Assembly (NCBI GenBank): GCA_041486545.1
Contig: JBGPLR010000001.1
Location: forward strand, 1-26,929
Direction: 5' to 3'
DNA: 26,929 nucleotides
From: Terriglobia bacterium
Lineage (GTDB): Bacteria > Acidobacteriota > Terriglobia > Terriglobales > Acidobacteriaceae
The translations under genes and the position numbers were made by a program. Shown piece after piece: positions 25,422-26,929 of this stretch; position 1 is the stretch's first letter; every line of letters starts with the position of its first letter. The notes below the pieces were generated by a model that did no database searches, was not told where the DNA came from, and was given only the letters and a program-made list of their open reading frames with translations.

Positions 25422-25602
25422 TTTCAATGATCTACATTGCTTAACACCCTGAGGCGCAACTCATGATAACGCATTCTAATAAGCGAATCAACAACGAAGC
25501 AGTACATCGCCATACACGCGCGTCAAGTGTCCTGTAGTTCAGCTGTACTAGGATTTCCCTGTTTTGTGGAATAACAGATGGTCTCTCGTTGTAGATTGTC
25601 CG

Positions 25603-26667
25603 TCACGGCTGGGGACGCAGCTTTTCAAATTCCGCTCTGGCCACTTCCTTGTGCACCATCTCCTTAACCAGTTCGGAGAAGCTGGTGCGTGGCTTCCAGC
25701 CAAGTTTTTCCCAGGACTTGGTAGGATCGCCCAGTAAGCTCTCCACTTCGGCGGGACGGAAGTATCGCGGTTCAATCGCCACCACACGGGCCCCGGTCTT
25801 CTCGTCGAATCCTTCTTCTTGCACGCCCGAGCCCTGCCATTTCAGTTTCATCCCAAGTTCCGCCGCCGTCGCCATGACAAAGTCCCGCACCGAATGCTGG
25901 ATTCCCGTGGCGATCACAAAGTCCTCGGGCTCCTCGTGCTGCAGGATCAGCCACATGGCTTCCACGTAATCGCGCGCGTGTCCCCAGTCGCGCTTGGCGT
26001 CAAGGTTGCCAAGATACAAGCAGTCGTCCAGGCCCATCTTCACGCGGGTCAGGCCGCGGGCAATCTTCCGCGTAACAAAAGTTTCTCCTCTCACCGGCGA
26101 TTCATGATTGAAGAGGATCCCGTTGCAGCCAAAGATTCCATAAGCTTCGCGATAGTTCACCGTGATCCAGTACGCGTACAGTTTTGCCACCCCGTACGGC
26201 GATCGCGGGTAAAACGGCGTGGTCTCCCGTTGCGGGACCTCTTGCGCCTTGCCGTACAGTTCTGAACTCGACGCCTGGTAGAACCTGGTCTTGTTGACCA
26301 GCCCCAGCATGCGGATGGCTTCCAGCACGCGCAGCGGACCCAGCGCGTCCGCATCCGACGTGTGCACGGGTTCTTCAAATGACACCGCAACGTGGCTCTG
26401 CGCCGCCAGATTGTAGATCTCATCCGGCTGGACGCGCTGGATGATCCGCGTGAGGTTGCTGGAATCGGTCATGTCGCCGAAGTGCAGAAACAGCCGCTTC
26501 CCCGCGAAATTGCGGTCCTGCATCAGGTGGTCAATGCGTTCGGTGTTGAACGACGACGCGCGCCGCTTCAACCCATGCACTTCGTAACCTTTTTGCAGGA
26601 GAAACTCGGCCAGATAAGAACCATCTTGCCCCGTGATTCCGGTGATCAGTGCCCGTTTGTTGGTCAT
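25603..26667 (-). CDS. gmd: GDP-mannose 4,6-dehydratase
   Basis: [63 protein letters not shown] and [10 protein letters not shown] motifs. Start at ATG 26667 after GGAG. Confidence 0.97.
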   Translation of the reverse strand: MTNKRALITGITGQDGSYLAEFLLQKGYEVHGLKRRASSFNTERIDHLMQDRNFAGKRLFLHFGDMTDSSNLTRIIQRVQPDEIYNLAAQSHVAVSFEEPVHTSDADALGPLRVLEAIRMLGLVNKTRFYQASSSELYGKAQEVPQRETTPFYPRSPYGVAKLYAYWITVNYREAYGIFGCNGILFNHESPVRGETFVTRKIARGLTRVKMGLDDCLYLGNLDAKRDWGHARDYVEAMWLILQHEEPEDFVIATGIQHSVRDFVMATAAELGMKLKWQGSGVQEEGFDEKTGARVVAIEPRYFRPAEVESLLGDPTKSWEKLGWKPRTSFSELVKEMVHKEVARAEFEKLRPQP

Positions 26668-26757
26668 GTGCTCCACAGCATTCTATAGTCACGCCGTGAT
26701 GCTGGCCAATCGTAAGGCGTGCCGGAATCATTCTGATTACATTCCCGCCCGCCGGCG

Positions 26758-26928
26758 TCAATGGAAGTCGTGCGATTGCGTCTCCGCTTCGGTCACAAAC
26801 AGCGGCAGGATTTTCTGCGCTTTCAGGTGCACGATGCCGTCCTGGTTCTGCACCGTTCCCTGCACTTTGAGAAAGCGCTCATGCAGCACCACTGCGGGGT
26901 CTTTGCTGTAAACGTCCGGCATAACAAT
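26758..26928 (-). CDS. dnaE2: Error-prone DNA polymerase III alpha (DnaE2), last 56 aa; 5' part outside window and missed by the ORF track
   Basis: Manual translation IVMPDVYSKDPAVVLHERFLKVQGTVQNQDGIVHLKAQKILPLFVTEAETQSHDFH-stop. OB-fold-type segment ending in SHDFH, like the S-R/H-D-F-H tail of DnaE2. Confidence 0.8.
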   Translation of the reverse strand: MVMPDVYSKDPAVVLHERFLKVQGTVQNQDGIVHLKAQKILPLFVTEAETQSHDFH

Positions 26929-26929
26929 A

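Noticed and set aside
22852-25434. IHF-like sites (WATCAANNNNTTR) at 22852-22864, 25309-25321 and 25422-25434 flanking the accessory islet
   Set aside because: Each matches only 7 of 9 defined positions. A rough hand estimate gives several such matches by chance in these gaps, and no integrase or att core is visible.
25095-25452. Small + strand ORFs (75 and 85 aa) in the gap before gmd
   Set aside because: They are translations of the repeat mosaic, with no SD and no coding-like composition.

Overview
A GC-rich bacterial chromosomal window. The gene content and order suggest Acidobacteriota (inference, not a database result). Bases 1-20290 are mostly core bioenergetics and housekeeping: the distal complex I operon (nuoG' H J K L M N, with nuoI absent), a secreted two-repeat beta-propeller-like hypothetical, a split F0 ATP synthase operon (atpZ-like, atpI, atpB, atpE), a ygfZ-DUF1844-MBL hydrolase-ribF-MFS run, and typA/bipA. 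Bases 20600-25600 look accessory. They hold a membrane-anchored Hanks-type protein with 3 PEGA domains whose catalytic residues are replaced (probable pseudokinase), a three-gene unit (membrane protein, secreted Cys-rich protein with an H...NSNT motif, TolB-like propeller), and a 520-bp repeat mosaic. An orphan gmd and the 3' end of dnaE2 close the window. Several gene junctions carry palindromes whose arms are short 7- or 9-nt tandem repeats; one pair is nested and one has entered the ribF reading frame. No tRNA, rRNA, CRISPR array, transposase or integrase was recognised. Start codons were adjusted by hand from SD and overlap evidence where the ORF track over-extends.
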